A stretch of DNA of 64,000 nt, from the IMG/VR virus record IMGVR_UViG_3300046472_000138; one strand, 5' to 3'. The position numbers and the translations under genes are program-made. This document shows positions 46,573-57,138 of the stretch, in pieces. This DNA is from an uncultured virus (IMG/VR IMGVR_UViG_3300046472_000138). Taxonomy: Duplodnaviria; Heunggongvirae; Uroviricota; Caudoviricetes. The notes under the pieces are model-generated. The model was given only the letters and a program-made list of their open reading frames with translations, made no database searches and had not been told where the DNA came from. Within the stretch, counting starts at the first letter, position 1; every line of letters begins with the position of its first letter.

Positions 46573-48171
46573 ATGCCGCCGATAGTAAAAAACCGTCAAT
46601 CCAATGCCCAAGATAAAGCCTTGGAAACCATTTCAAAAGTCGGAACCATCGAAGCTGATCCAGAAGAGGAATCATTGAGCCAATCCGCAACCGTAGTGAA
46701 TCATCCCGCAAACGAAGTCAACGAAGAACGCGAAGAAAAGCCCAAAAAGAAACCACAAGTGATTGAAAATAATGACTCTGACTTTAAAAAGCAGCCAGGA
46801 GAGGACTTCTTTGAGTACGTGAACCGGATTCCGCTTGAAGCGTTCACCTCAAACGGGGCTGGACTCTATGTCTACAAGCAAGCGCAGTCTGGAAACGTCC
46901 AGCTTGACAAAATCTATCGACCTCTCACCTTTGACGAACTGAAAAATATCTATGCGGCCAAGAATGGGGCCGGTAATTACTACGTTCAATTCAACACAAG
47001 AGACAAGAAATTTAGCTCAATGGGGCAGCGTTATACCTTCGATGGTGACAATTTAGCACTGTTAGGAGAAGGCGCAGGGACCGTGTTAGGGAGTAGTACG
47101 TTAGCAAATCCACAACAGAGCGCAACTGCGGAAGCCATTAAGATCATTGCAGAAGCATCAAGAGAAGCAAACAAGGCAAATATCGAATTAATCAAGGATC
47201 ACGCCAAGAAACCGGACGAAGGGTCCGCAATTACCGCTCTAATCATCAAATTGATGGACGTTCAACGGTCAGAAGCCATTGAAAGAGCCGACAGGGACCG
47301 CAAGGAAGCCAAGGAAAGAGCCGATAAAGAGACACTCGAAGCCAAGGAACAGGCCAAAAGAGACATTGAAGCGGCAAAAGACCGGGCTGACAGGGATAAT
47401 AAGTTCTTTCAATTGCTCATTGACGGCAACGAGAAGCGTGCAAACGAGCGTGCCGAGATGATGAAGGCCATGCAAGAGGCTCAAGGAAAGTGGTTTGACA
47501 CACTTTTGAAGGAAAAAGACAAAAAAGATGACTCTCTGGGCATGGGAAACGTCCTAAAAGAGCTTTTTAGCGCATTTGCCCGCGAAAGACTCGAAGGCGG
47601 CGGAGAGCAAACCCTTCCAGGTTGGGCAGGAGTGATGCAAACCATCGTGCCAAGGATCGCGGAAGCCATTCCAACCATACTCGCAGCACGAAATGGGGCT
47701 TCTCCTCAGCAAATCCAACAGATTCAAGAGCAACAACGCATTGCCAACGAGACTCAACATGGCCCGAATGGTGGATTACGACAACAGAATCCAGCGGAAC
47801 CTAAGTTGCTCACGACAGAAGACGAGCTAAATGGCTTCATTGATCGGCTTGGAACCTATCTCACCGGCAAGATTCAGCAAGGCCGGCCGGCCGATCCAGC
47901 CTATATGATTCAGGTTCTCGACGAAGAGTTCTTGCTTGTGGCAAATCTCCTCGAGAACAACACCAAAGAAGTCATTATCAGCGCGATCCAGTCGGCTCCA
48001 CTCGGCGGTCAGTTGCTTCAAATCCCAATAGCACCAGCGTTCTTAGAAGAACTCATTAATAAACTCAAACAACCTGAAGAGGAAGAAGAGCAAGAGCCTG
48101 AATTAGTCGGGGTTATACCGCAGGCGCAATCACAACCAACCACTAAAAAGAGAAAATCTGCCGCGCACTAA
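46573..48171 (+). CDS. Large coiled-coil protein, copy 2
   Basis: Ortholog of 2009-3607. Confidence 0.85.
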   Translation: MPPIVKNRQSNAQDKALETISKVGTIEADPEEESLSQSATVVNHPANEVNEEREEKPKKKPQVIENNDSDFKKQPGEDFFEYVNRIPLEAFTSNGAGLYVYKQAQSGNVQLDKIYRPLTFDELKNIYAAKNGAGNYYVQFNTRDKKFSSMGQRYTFDGDNLALLGEGAGTVLGSSTLANPQQSATAEAIKIIAEASREANKANIELIKDHAKKPDEGSAITALIIKLMDVQRSEAIERADRDRKEAKERADKETLEAKEQAKRDIEAAKDRADRDNKFFQLLIDGNEKRANERAEMMKAMQEAQGKWFDTLLKEKDKKDDSLGMGNVLKELFSAFARERLEGGGEQTLPGWAGVMQTIVPRIAEAIPTILAARNGASPQQIQQIQEQQRIANETQHGPNGGLRQQNPAEPKLLTTEDELNGFIDRLGTYLTGKIQQGRPADPAYMIQVLDEEFLLVANLLENNTKEVIISAIQSAPLGGQLLQIPIAPAFLEELINKLKQPEEEEEQEPELVGVIPQAQSQPTTKKRKSAAH

Positions 48172-48180
48172 GGAGATTTT

Positions 48181-49438
48181 ATGATTAAGAATTGGCTTAC
48201 GTCGCTATTCGGTATCGCCTCAATCATCGTGGCCCTATTTCACTGCGTCCATAACGGCTCGATTGACTTAACCTGTGTTCAATCCATCCTTGTCGGGGCT
48301 GGACTCCTAGCAGCAAAACAATTCAACGTCACCGGCGGGACTGTCCCGGCAACAGTAGAAGCGGAATCAAGAGTTAATTCTCCAAAGGCCCCATGAAAAA
48401 TCGACTCAAGATTGCTCTGATTTACCTTGTCATTGCCGCTTCCATCGCTTGCAAAGACGACGCAATCCGTAAAGCAGCACGTGCAAGCGATGACATGGCC
48501 TCAACTATCTCACTCGCTATTGATGTCAAGCGGCAACTGGCAATGAGTACACCTCCGCTCATTTCGCATGATGAAGAAGTCGCACTTACTCTCGGATTAC
48601 AGAAGGTCAATACTTCGGTAAGAGCATTCAATACCGAAGTCAAGCGGTTGTCTAAACTCGATCCAGCGGCCAAAGGAAATCTTGCTGCTCTCTTTGCCAG
48701 TGTCACGCAATCAATCAACGAGCTAAACGCTCAAGGAGTGCTTGGAATCAAGAACGAACAGGCAAAGCAGAAAGTGCAAGCGGTCCTAGCGGCATTCTCC
48801 GCTTCCATTGCAGTGATTCAGGCAGTGCTAGGGTGATATGCTTACATGGGAGAAGGATTTCCCGCAAATACATGCAGCTATTCAAAGTCAGGCCAGTAAA
48901 AAGGAAAAATCTATGTTGGCTTTGTTAATCGCACTTGCTCCCATGATTACGAATCTCACTCCGGCTGTTGTCGCGCTCATTCAGCAAATCAAGGCGCAAG
49001 GTGGATTGACAACCGATCAGATCATTGCCAACGCAGGAGTCACGCTTGATGCAAACGATCAAAAGTTGATTGATGACCTGAAACGATTAGGAGTAATCTA
49101 AACGCAGTTAATTATTCTGCCTTTACCGCGCAAAAGGCCAATTGTGAACGTGTAAAGGAGAATTTATGACGATACCCCAATGGATTGTAAAAACTCAAAA
49201 CATCAACATCAGTTCAGTCGGAACTGTTTTCACTCATTCGCTTTCTTGGCAGGGTGTTGCTCAAACTCCATCAGGAACATGGGGAGAGACTCGCATTGTC
49301 CTTCGCAGTGCAGGCGCAAACTCAGCAGCCGTAATTCTTTCGTTATCTGACTCAGTTACAGTCACACTGCAATCCTTGGGCGGTAACAGCGTGACCGCAG
49401 ACGTTATTTGTCAGTTGTATCATTCGATCATTGCCTAA
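48181..49438 (+). other. Holin-like (48181-48396), lipoprotein (48393-48836), amphipathic (48913-49101) and beta-rich (49166-49438) genes, copy 2
   Basis: Orthologs of 3617-4878. Confidence 0.8.
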
Positions 49439-49445
49439 ATTTTAT

Positions 49446-49542
49446 GTCCCGTGATCCATTTAGCTGAATGGGTGGCTTATCTAAGACCTAGCAAGTCATA
49501 GAAGGAAAGCGCAACGTCACAATAAGACGGCACGGGACTCCA
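49446..49542 (+). ncRNA. tRNA-like structured element ending in CCA, copy 2 only
   Basis: GTCCCGTG/CACGGGAC stem plus T-CCA and three internal hairpins; lacks canonical D- and T-loop consensus. Confidence 0.45.
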
Positions 49543-49550
49543 AAAATAAT

Positions 49551-51356
49551 ATGGGCTACAAAATCGACATAGGATGTGGAAACCATAAGCAGCCGGGGTG
49601 TATCGGCCTTGATTATGAGGACTGTGGGCAGGAAATTATCAGAGATTTAACTAAGGGGCTTCCATTCTCTGATTCCTCCGTGTCTGAAGTCCATATGAAT
49701 CATTCGCTAGAACACTTCCGCAATGGCGAAGAGTGCTGGTTTCTCTTTTCAGAGATTCACCGTGTCTGCCACTCAGGAGCAATGGTTCACATCAGAGTCC
49801 CTCACAGTGAAACACAGCAAGCCCACAATCCATCACACCTAAGTTTCTGGAATGAATCCTCTCTGATGATCTTTGATCGAAAGAACTGGCCTCACGCCTC
49901 AATTCCTTCAAAGTATCTTTGGGATTTTCAGATTGGAGAAATCAAGCGTAATGGAATTGAACTCCAGTTTACCCTCGTTGTAGTAAAGCAAAAAGGCCAT
50001 ATCAACCCAGAAACCGGCAGAACAGCTATTGTTACAGTTGCCTACAATCAACTCCAGCACACTAAGAAATTTATTCAATCTTTACGCCGCTACTCTGTTA
50101 ATCCATTCAAGATGATTGTTGTCAATAACGCATCGACAGACGGAACAAAGGAATGGCTTGAAGAACAGGAAGACATTATTGCAGTCAACCTACAAGAAAA
50201 CCTTGGTTGGGTTGGCGGGATTAATGAAGGGTTGAGATATATTCCGGCAAATACGGATTATGTCGTATTTGCAAACAATGACGTGATTGTCGATTATGCT
50301 TGGGATCGAAAGATACTCACTCACTTTGATGACACTGTGGGGGCTGTAGGTCCAACCTCAAACTATGTTGCAGGACGGCAGAACAAGATTTTTAACCACG
50401 ATGGAATCTATGAGGAAGAAGTCAATACGCTCATAGGTTTTTTCATGTGCGTGAGAAAAGATGTCATTGAGACTGTCGGACCTCTTGATGACCTCCACTC
50501 TTATGCAAAAGACGGTGCTGTTCTATCAGGGGCAGATGACCATGACTATTCCATACGAATCCGTTCTTTGGGCTATCGCTTGTTGTGCGCCAGGGATGTG
50601 TTTGTTTTTCATGCTGGCTCGCAGTCTCTCAAGGAGAAATTATCCGATAACGAATATCGAGAACTCTGCACCGACGCAGACCAAGCCCTCATTGCCAAGT
50701 GGGGAGAAAGTGAAACCAGTCTCTTGATGCAAAGTCCCATCAGGGTCATTTGTTGCGTCCCGATGCGGAATAATTACCTCCACAGGAAGTTTGCATTCAC
50801 CTTTTCACTCATGGCAAAACCCTTTCATTGGGAGTGTGTCGATATGCCTCGCACGCATCCAGGCGTGGGTCGCAACGCCTTTGTGAAATATGCCAAGGAA
50901 CGTCAAGCGGATTACCTTCTCTTTCTCGATGATGATCATATTATAAAACCTGACACATTCCTTCGGTTGTACCGCATGGATGTGCCAGTAGCGACTGCTC
51001 TTGCCTTTCAACGCACTCCGCCGTACTTGCCTTGCATCTATCAGTGGACGATGCTTCCAAACAACGGACAGACCGCTTGCCTTCCGATAGATCAATTAAT
51101 TAAGCAGGGGCAAAGGCAAGTCGATGCTACAGGATTCTCCGCGGCACTAATCAAGATGGAGGTTTTCGACAAAATCAAAGATCCTTGGTTTGAATGGCGG
51201 GAACTCGGAGAAGATATTGATTTCTGTCTGAAATGCAAAGACGCTGGAATCCCGATCTACTGCGATACCGATTTGATTTTGCCTCACATTGGCGAGAATC
51301 AGGAAGTTGATGAGCAAACCTTTTACGCCTTTAATCCAGTTAAGAAAACAGCATGA
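49551..51356 (+). CDS. Methyltransferase-GT2-GT fusion, copy 2
   Basis: Ortholog of 4880-6685. Confidence 0.9.
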   Translation: MGYKIDIGCGNHKQPGCIGLDYEDCGQEIIRDLTKGLPFSDSSVSEVHMNHSLEHFRNGEECWFLFSEIHRVCHSGAMVHIRVPHSETQQAHNPSHLSFWNESSLMIFDRKNWPHASIPSKYLWDFQIGEIKRNGIELQFTLVVVKQKGHINPETGRTAIVTVAYNQLQHTKKFIQSLRRYSVNPFKMIVVNNASTDGTKEWLEEQEDIIAVNLQENLGWVGGINEGLRYIPANTDYVVFANNDVIVDYAWDRKILTHFDDTVGAVGPTSNYVAGRQNKIFNHDGIYEEEVNTLIGFFMCVRKDVIETVGPLDDLHSYAKDGAVLSGADDHDYSIRIRSLGYRLLCARDVFVFHAGSQSLKEKLSDNEYRELCTDADQALIAKWGESETSLLMQSPIRVICCVPMRNNYLHRKFAFTFSLMAKPFHWECVDMPRTHPGVGRNAFVKYAKERQADYLLFLDDDHIIKPDTFLRLYRMDVPVATALAFQRTPPYLPCIYQWTMLPNNGQTACLPIDQLIKQGQRQVDATGFSAALIKMEVFDKIKDPWFEWRELGEDIDFCLKCKDAGIPIYCDTDLILPHIGENQEVDEQTFYAFNPVKKTA

Positions 51357-52069
51357 ATCCTAAAGTCTCAGTCATCCTCACAACTCACGGAGAAGGCAAG
51401 TATCTCTCACAAGCGGTTGCCTCTGTCTTGGCGCAGACGTACACGGATTTTGAGTTAATCATTGCGCGAGATGGACTTGGTCTTTTGCAGGGATTTAAGG
51501 ATTCTAGAATATTAGATTATGATGTAATTGTTCCTTCATCGGTCATATGCCGCTTTGCTTATACAATTAACCAAGCAATCAAATTCTCACAAGGCCAATA
51601 CATAACCTACCTCTGCCATGATGACTTATACCTTCCCTATCGCTTGCAGATCATGGTCAAGATCATGGAAAAGATGAATCTAGATATTGTGTTCGGCAAT
51701 CAGCAATTGATTGACGGAACCGATCCAGATAACTTTTGGGTGGAGCAGGTCAGGACTGGCAGCACAGAAAAGCCAATGGGAGCGGTTGACCATTCAAGTG
51801 TAATGCACCGAAGAGAATGCTTTGAGAAGGTGAACGGTTGGGATGAATCTTCTCCAATGCGTTATGGGGATGCGTTCTTTTGGAAGCGCTTGCTTGATGC
51901 TGGCTACAAATTCAATGGGATTGCAGTAGTGCTTGATGTGCATCGGTTCAATAAAGATTCTGTAACCTGGAAAGAAGACAATCCAGATTATCCGGCTATC
52001 GATGACCTTGGAAACAAGCGCACGATTGAAAGCGGAGTCGATGCGGGATGGAGTGCGGTGGAAAAGTGA
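51353..52069 (+). CDS. GT2 glycosyltransferase, copy 2
   Basis: Ortholog of 6682-7428. Confidence 0.92.
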   Translation: MNPKVSVILTTHGEGKYLSQAVASVLAQTYTDFELIIARDGLGLLQGFKDSRILDYDVIVPSSVICRFAYTINQAIKFSQGQYITYLCHDDLYLPYRLQIMVKIMEKMNLDIVFGNQQLIDGTDPDNFWVEQVRTGSTEKPMGAVDHSSVMHRRECFEKVNGWDESSPMRYGDAFFWKRLLDAGYKFNGIAVVLDVHRFNKDSVTWKEDNPDYPAIDDLGNKRTIESGVDAGWSAVEK

Positions 52070-52232
52070 TGGGACATTTCACTATCAAACTATGCTCGAA
52101 TTGCAATAAAGAAAACTACAGTTTTGTTTTTTATCGTGATCGCAGCGTTGGAAGACTTTTCCGAATGAGGGGTGAAAGAAGGCTTAGAAAACGGAAGCGA
52201 TGTGAATTTTGCAGGCATAAGATTGATTTCAA

Positions 52233-53579
52233 ATGAAAATTGGATATATCAAAAGCAATGTAGAAGCATCAGGCTATGTAATTCACGGCCTTGGCTTGCT
52301 CTCCTCCATTGCCAAGCAATATGGTCATCAAAGCGTATTCGCCAACATTGCAATCAACAGGGAACTTCCCGGTGATGTAGATGCAGTGGCAATCACAGCT
52401 TGCTCGGATGCTTTCCCGTTAGCAGTAGCGGCAGCACAAGCGTACAAACGATTTAATCCAAAAATAGTCACTTTCGTAGGTGGTCCTCATGCGACATTTG
52501 CTCCGCAAGATTTTGAGTCGATATCTGAGTTTGATTTTATTGTACGAGGAGATGGAGAGGCAGTTTGGGAAACCTTCTCTCAAGGAAATCTTCCCACTTC
52601 CAGAATCATCAATGGTGATCCGGTTGCAGACATTAACCAGCTTCCTTTTGTGGATCGTAACCAGGAGCAAAATTATTACTTTGCTAGTGAATGTCCCCCT
52701 CGCCCGCTTCATCGGTTTCCAGGGCCATACCGTTGTGTACTCGCAGGGCGTGGCTGTAAATACAACTGCTCATTCTGTGTTTTACACGAACCAAAAGTAG
52801 ACAAAATAGATGAATTACTCGGCAAAGAAAAACCGTGGAGTTTCCAAACTGGATTCAGCAACCACCGTAAGCGCGACGTTGACCATATCCTCAGGGAGTT
52901 ATCGTATCTTGGGCCATTCGGTTCCTTATTCGTACACGACGATAACCTCATCGAAGCCAAAGAGTGGTGCACAGAATTTGCCGAAAAGTGGGATGGAAGA
53001 CCATTCTTGATGCAGGGCCGCGCCGATCTGATGGTTAAGTATGCTGATGTCCTTGAAATAATGGTACGCAAGGGGCTCTCGGCAATGCTTGTCGGGTTTG
53101 AGTCAGGCAGTGACAGGCTCTTGAGATATATGAGGAAGGGAACTACGCGCAAAATCAATGATGCGGCCGCAGCACTTGCAAAGAGATTAGGCATTTTTGT
53201 TCAAGCAAATCTTATGTTTGCCTTGCCTACTGAAACAAAGGAAGACGTGGAAGCAACGATTGATATGATAAAAACCTCTCTCAATTCTTTTGTTTTATGC
53301 CCGTCGATATTTTCTCCTTATCCAGGTTCAGACCTCGCCAAAATAGTTACTGATAACGGATGGAATGCTGTAGAAGGATACGATTTTCAAAGGGGTGCAG
53401 GCGGCGGGAAGAAACTAAAAGAAGGAGTTGCGTTTGATTATACCTATGACTGGCTTTATCACAGGCTAGAAGAAGAGGGGATTTACGGCGGGAATATAAA
53501 ACTTCAAGAAACCCATGTCAGCCTGAAAGAATTAGCAGCAATGGGAGAAAGCAGACTTTACTCCGAAGCGACAGTATGA
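52233..53579 (+). CDS. B12-binding radical SAM, copy 2
   Basis: Ortholog of 7425-8750. Confidence 0.9.
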   Translation: MKIGYIKSNVEASGYVIHGLGLLSSIAKQYGHQSVFANIAINRELPGDVDAVAITACSDAFPLAVAAAQAYKRFNPKIVTFVGGPHATFAPQDFESISEFDFIVRGDGEAVWETFSQGNLPTSRIINGDPVADINQLPFVDRNQEQNYYFASECPPRPLHRFPGPYRCVLAGRGCKYNCSFCVLHEPKVDKIDELLGKEKPWSFQTGFSNHRKRDVDHILRELSYLGPFGSLFVHDDNLIEAKEWCTEFAEKWDGRPFLMQGRADLMVKYADVLEIMVRKGLSAMLVGFESGSDRLLRYMRKGTTRKINDAAAALAKRLGIFVQANLMFALPTETKEDVEATIDMIKTSLNSFVLCPSIFSPYPGSDLAKIVTDNGWNAVEGYDFQRGAGGGKKLKEGVAFDYTYDWLYHRLEEEGIYGGNIKLQETHVSLKELAAMGESRLYSEATV

Positions 53580-54529
53580 AAAGTTTAACCGATCCAGCCC
53601 ACAAAATTGACCGGCAATTCAAAGCCTTGGATCACTTCCAAACGCATGGGTGGTCATATCCATTGAGTGCTGAGATTGATCTCACTTGGCAGTGCAAATT
53701 GAATTGCTTTGGTTGTCACTCAAAGCATTTACATCAAGACAAAGAGTTAGGACAGGCCGATATAGTGCATATTTTAGGGGAACTGGCGCAACATGCTTGC
53801 AAGTCAATCACCTATTCTGGTGGTGGCGATCCTCTTGAAAGTCCACACTGGAAATATGCAATTCTATCAGCCAAACTTTTTGGAATGGATGTTGCTATTT
53901 ATAGCTATCTTCCAGGTTTTGACCAAGAGAAAGCAGATTATTTAGGCAAGCAGTGTCAATTTGTCTATACTCACTCCTGCTCTAGTAAAGGCATCAAAAA
54001 ACCAATTAGCAAATGTGTATGGACATATGGATATCTTTTGGATAGCTCGAACTGGCATAAAATCCCTGAACTTATTGACAAGACTGATCTGGATTTTTTT
54101 GATTTTGTCGATTTCAGACCCTTATCACCCATTAATACACCTGATCCACCCGATATTGACTACTCATGGGTTGAACGTGCGGTTGAGGTATTGGAGAATG
54201 TCACGGCGCAAGATTCGAGAGTAAAAGCAGCGGATTATAAATTCTATGACCTCCTCAAATCTGACAAAGGAAGAAATTATGGATGTTGCTACTCAACTGA
54301 CTTTGTGGCAGTTGTGGGACCAGAAGGTACGATGTACGAGTGCATTAATCGCAGAAATGTTACGCCAATCGGAAATATTCTCAAAGAATCACTTAAAGAT
54401 ATCTGGCAACGAAAAAACCATATCAGAAAAGACATGACAGAATGCCGGATACTTTGCCGTAATCACCAAATGAATAAATCTCTTTGGAATTTACTCGGAC
54501 CTGAACCTCAACACGCGAGTTTTATATAA
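53576..54529 (+). CDS. Radical SAM/SPASM-like, copy 2
   Basis: CKLNCFGC; ortholog of 9201-10154. Confidence 0.9.
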   Translation: MKSLTDPAHKIDRQFKALDHFQTHGWSYPLSAEIDLTWQCKLNCFGCHSKHLHQDKELGQADIVHILGELAQHACKSITYSGGGDPLESPHWKYAILSAKLFGMDVAIYSYLPGFDQEKADYLGKQCQFVYTHSCSSKGIKKPISKCVWTYGYLLDSSNWHKIPELIDKTDLDFFDFVDFRPLSPINTPDPPDIDYSWVERAVEVLENVTAQDSRVKAADYKFYDLLKSDKGRNYGCCYSTDFVAVVGPEGTMYECINRRNVTPIGNILKESLKDIWQRKNHIRKDMTECRILCRNHQMNKSLWNLLGPEPQHASFI

Positions 54530-56300
54530 TGCCTAATCAACCATTCTTTGCAAATCCACCTAAGCAATTTCCGCAGCGGCAACCTAATCCACCTCCGCAG
54601 AAAGTCACGCAGACGGTTGACATTCAATATCAACTGATTTGTCCGTGTGGCTCGGAATTATTTGAAAATAAAATTGCCTTGTTTCGCATTCCAGGTCAGG
54701 TCATCGGAACCGTTGACGTAACCATGAATCAGGTATTCGTCTGTATGCTGTGCGATAAGCCAGTTGATTTAATGAAAACAAAAACCAGAAAAGAGTTAGA
54801 CTCTCAGGAAGAAGAAACACCGGAAGGTGCATAATGCTTGCAATTCAAAGACGAGGGACTGGTCATTGGGGTAAGCCTTATGCCCTACGTGGGCTAAAGG
54901 ATGCCTATTGCGACATTGGGTATTATTATGACCCCAATGTGGATGATTGCGTGCCCATGCAAGAAAATAGCTCGGTTTGTGATATTGGCTGGTATTGGGA
55001 TTCCGCGCTTGAATCTTGTCAGCCTTCAGGTGGAGGAACAAGCGGAGGGGTTATTCCGACAGATGGAGGGAATCCCCAGATTTGGCAATCAATTATCAGC
55101 GGGATTACCTCAGTCGGAACTTTACTCCTGAAAGCAACAGGCACTCAGTATCAAACCAGATATGGAACCTATGCCTATGGTACTGGACCTTATACCGGAT
55201 TGACCCCAACCCTTGCCTCTCAGTATCTTGCTAGACAATCTATCGGCGGACTCAGTACAACCACTTGGCTCCTAATTGGCGGCGGGTTGCTCTTTGCCGT
55301 GATGATGATGAAAAGGTAATATGCCAGTCGTAACGCCAACCCAAATCAAACGAGTACCAGCAAGGCGTGAAATCTCGCAGCATTACGCTCGGCATATTAG
55401 CCCAATGCACAGGATGAGCGGGCTTGGCGATACTCAGCAAGGCGTTATCGGCTCAACAGTGGCCGGCGCCTGTCTTGCCGGGGCGATTGCGGCTCCAGGA
55501 ACATTTGGAGTTTCAGCGGCATTAACCTGCTTGCCTTCGGTCATTAAAGCCTTTCTTGGTTGGTTGACTTGCGGTCCAACTTCAGCGTGCGCTTTGAAAG
55601 TGAGTGCGACCCAATTTGCGGAAGGAATTGTAAAACTCTGCTATGGCCTTGAGCCAGGATGCACGCTTCCACCTGGAGGAATCCCAATTGTTCCCGGCGC
55701 GAATCCTCCTAAATTCTGCGCTTCTTCAGTCGCCGGGCTAATTGAGCGGTGCGACCTTTACAATGCGAATATAGTCCTTCAGAGAACACAAGCACTCATG
55801 CAGCAAAAACTCAACGTGACGAGTGATCCAGTTACGCCCTATGTCAAGAATTGGTACAATCAATATGGAGTAGCTACCTTCTCTGATTTACAGTCTCATT
55901 TAACCGCTGCTCAATCTCAATGCGGCGCAGCGGCATCTCAGCCGGGAAGTTCAAGTCAATATCCAGGCGGGGTTATTCCATTGCCAAGTACGAGCAGTTC
56001 TTATACGCCTTATATCATCCTCGGCGGGATTGGTTTAGTCGGATTGATCTTTATGATGAAGTAAAGGAGAACATTATGTTTTTAGCAAAAGGATTAGGCA
56101 GAATGGGCAGGATGGGCGATTTTGTGAATCGTTCTCCTGATTACAAAATTGACAATTGGATTGGTCAAGTTCCAGGTGGTGCTATGGCTCCAGTTGCTGC
56201 TCCTAGCGTGATTCCAGGGGTATCGAATACCACAGCGGCGGCGGTTGGGATCGGCGGATTGGCAGCGGCAGCGGCTCTTGCATACTACTTAATGAAATGA
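54529..56300 (+). other. Zn-ribbon (54529-54834) and membrane proteins (54834-55319, 55321-56064, 56076-56300), copy 2
   Basis: Orthologs of 10154-12042. Confidence 0.8.
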
Positions 56301-56942
56301 ATGTACCAGGAACCGGCTTACACACACGGCCAATTCAAGGGATTACGCGCATTAGGCGGGAATTTCCAATCACAAACTCCCGTTCAAGGGTTTACGATTT
56401 CACCAGGGGATGTTGGAATCCGTCAAACATGCGACTTCATTCGGAAACAAATCGACCTTGGCAAGCAAGATCCATTAGTGCAAGCGACATTCCGGCAGAT
56501 TGCAGCCGAAAGCTACGCAAAGGATAAGATCGAATTGAGTAAAGCACTCACCCATTGGGTTGTTCAAAATATCCGCTACACTCCAGACGATGCTATGAGC
56601 ATGACCGAAGAAGGCTTGAAGTGGATCGACATAAAACAATGTCCAATGGCCTATAAATCTTGTGAGGCAGTTGAGATGATTGTTACTCCTCATCAAATTT
56701 TACAGAGTAAGCAGGGGGACTGCGACGATCTTTGCATGATTCTCGGCGCGTTCCTCGAGCTTGGCGGGATGCCGGTAAGAATGGTCACAATTGCTGCCGA
56801 TTCGAGCGATCCTAGCCAGTTCTCACACGTTTATTTGATAGCCAATATCAACGGCACTTGGATTCCGATTGATGCCGTCAATCATAACAACCCTTGGAAC
56901 TGGGAAGCCCCGAATTATTACCGCAAGGAGATTATGTGCTAG
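56301..56942 (+). CDS. Transglutaminase-like protease, copy 2
   Basis: GDCDD/SHVY/IDA conserved. Confidence 0.82.
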   Translation: MYQEPAYTHGQFKGLRALGGNFQSQTPVQGFTISPGDVGIRQTCDFIRKQIDLGKQDPLVQATFRQIAAESYAKDKIELSKALTHWVVQNIRYTPDDAMSMTEEGLKWIDIKQCPMAYKSCEAVEMIVTPHQILQSKQGDCDDLCMILGAFLELGGMPVRMVTIAADSSDPSQFSHVYLIANINGTWIPIDAVNHNNPWNWEAPNYYRKEIMC

Positions 56943-57138
56943 GAAGTTTTTTTCTTGCATTAGCATTATTTTCTGCCGCTTTTGTTTGCTCTTATGTTTC
57001 GTTAGACCCAACAACAGCAAGGTGGTTCAGTGGGTTCGGATTAATACTAGGAATTATTTCTTATGCTTTCGGTCTTAATGAAGTCATTAACATGCTTTTC
57101 AAGCCATTTATGCACTCTCGAAGAGAAGAGGAATCTAT

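Noticed and set aside
49446..49542. Canonical tRNA or tRNA-Sec
   Set aside because: No GG D-loop or TTCRA T-loop consensus and no 7-nt anticodon loop with TCA; kept only as tRNA-like.
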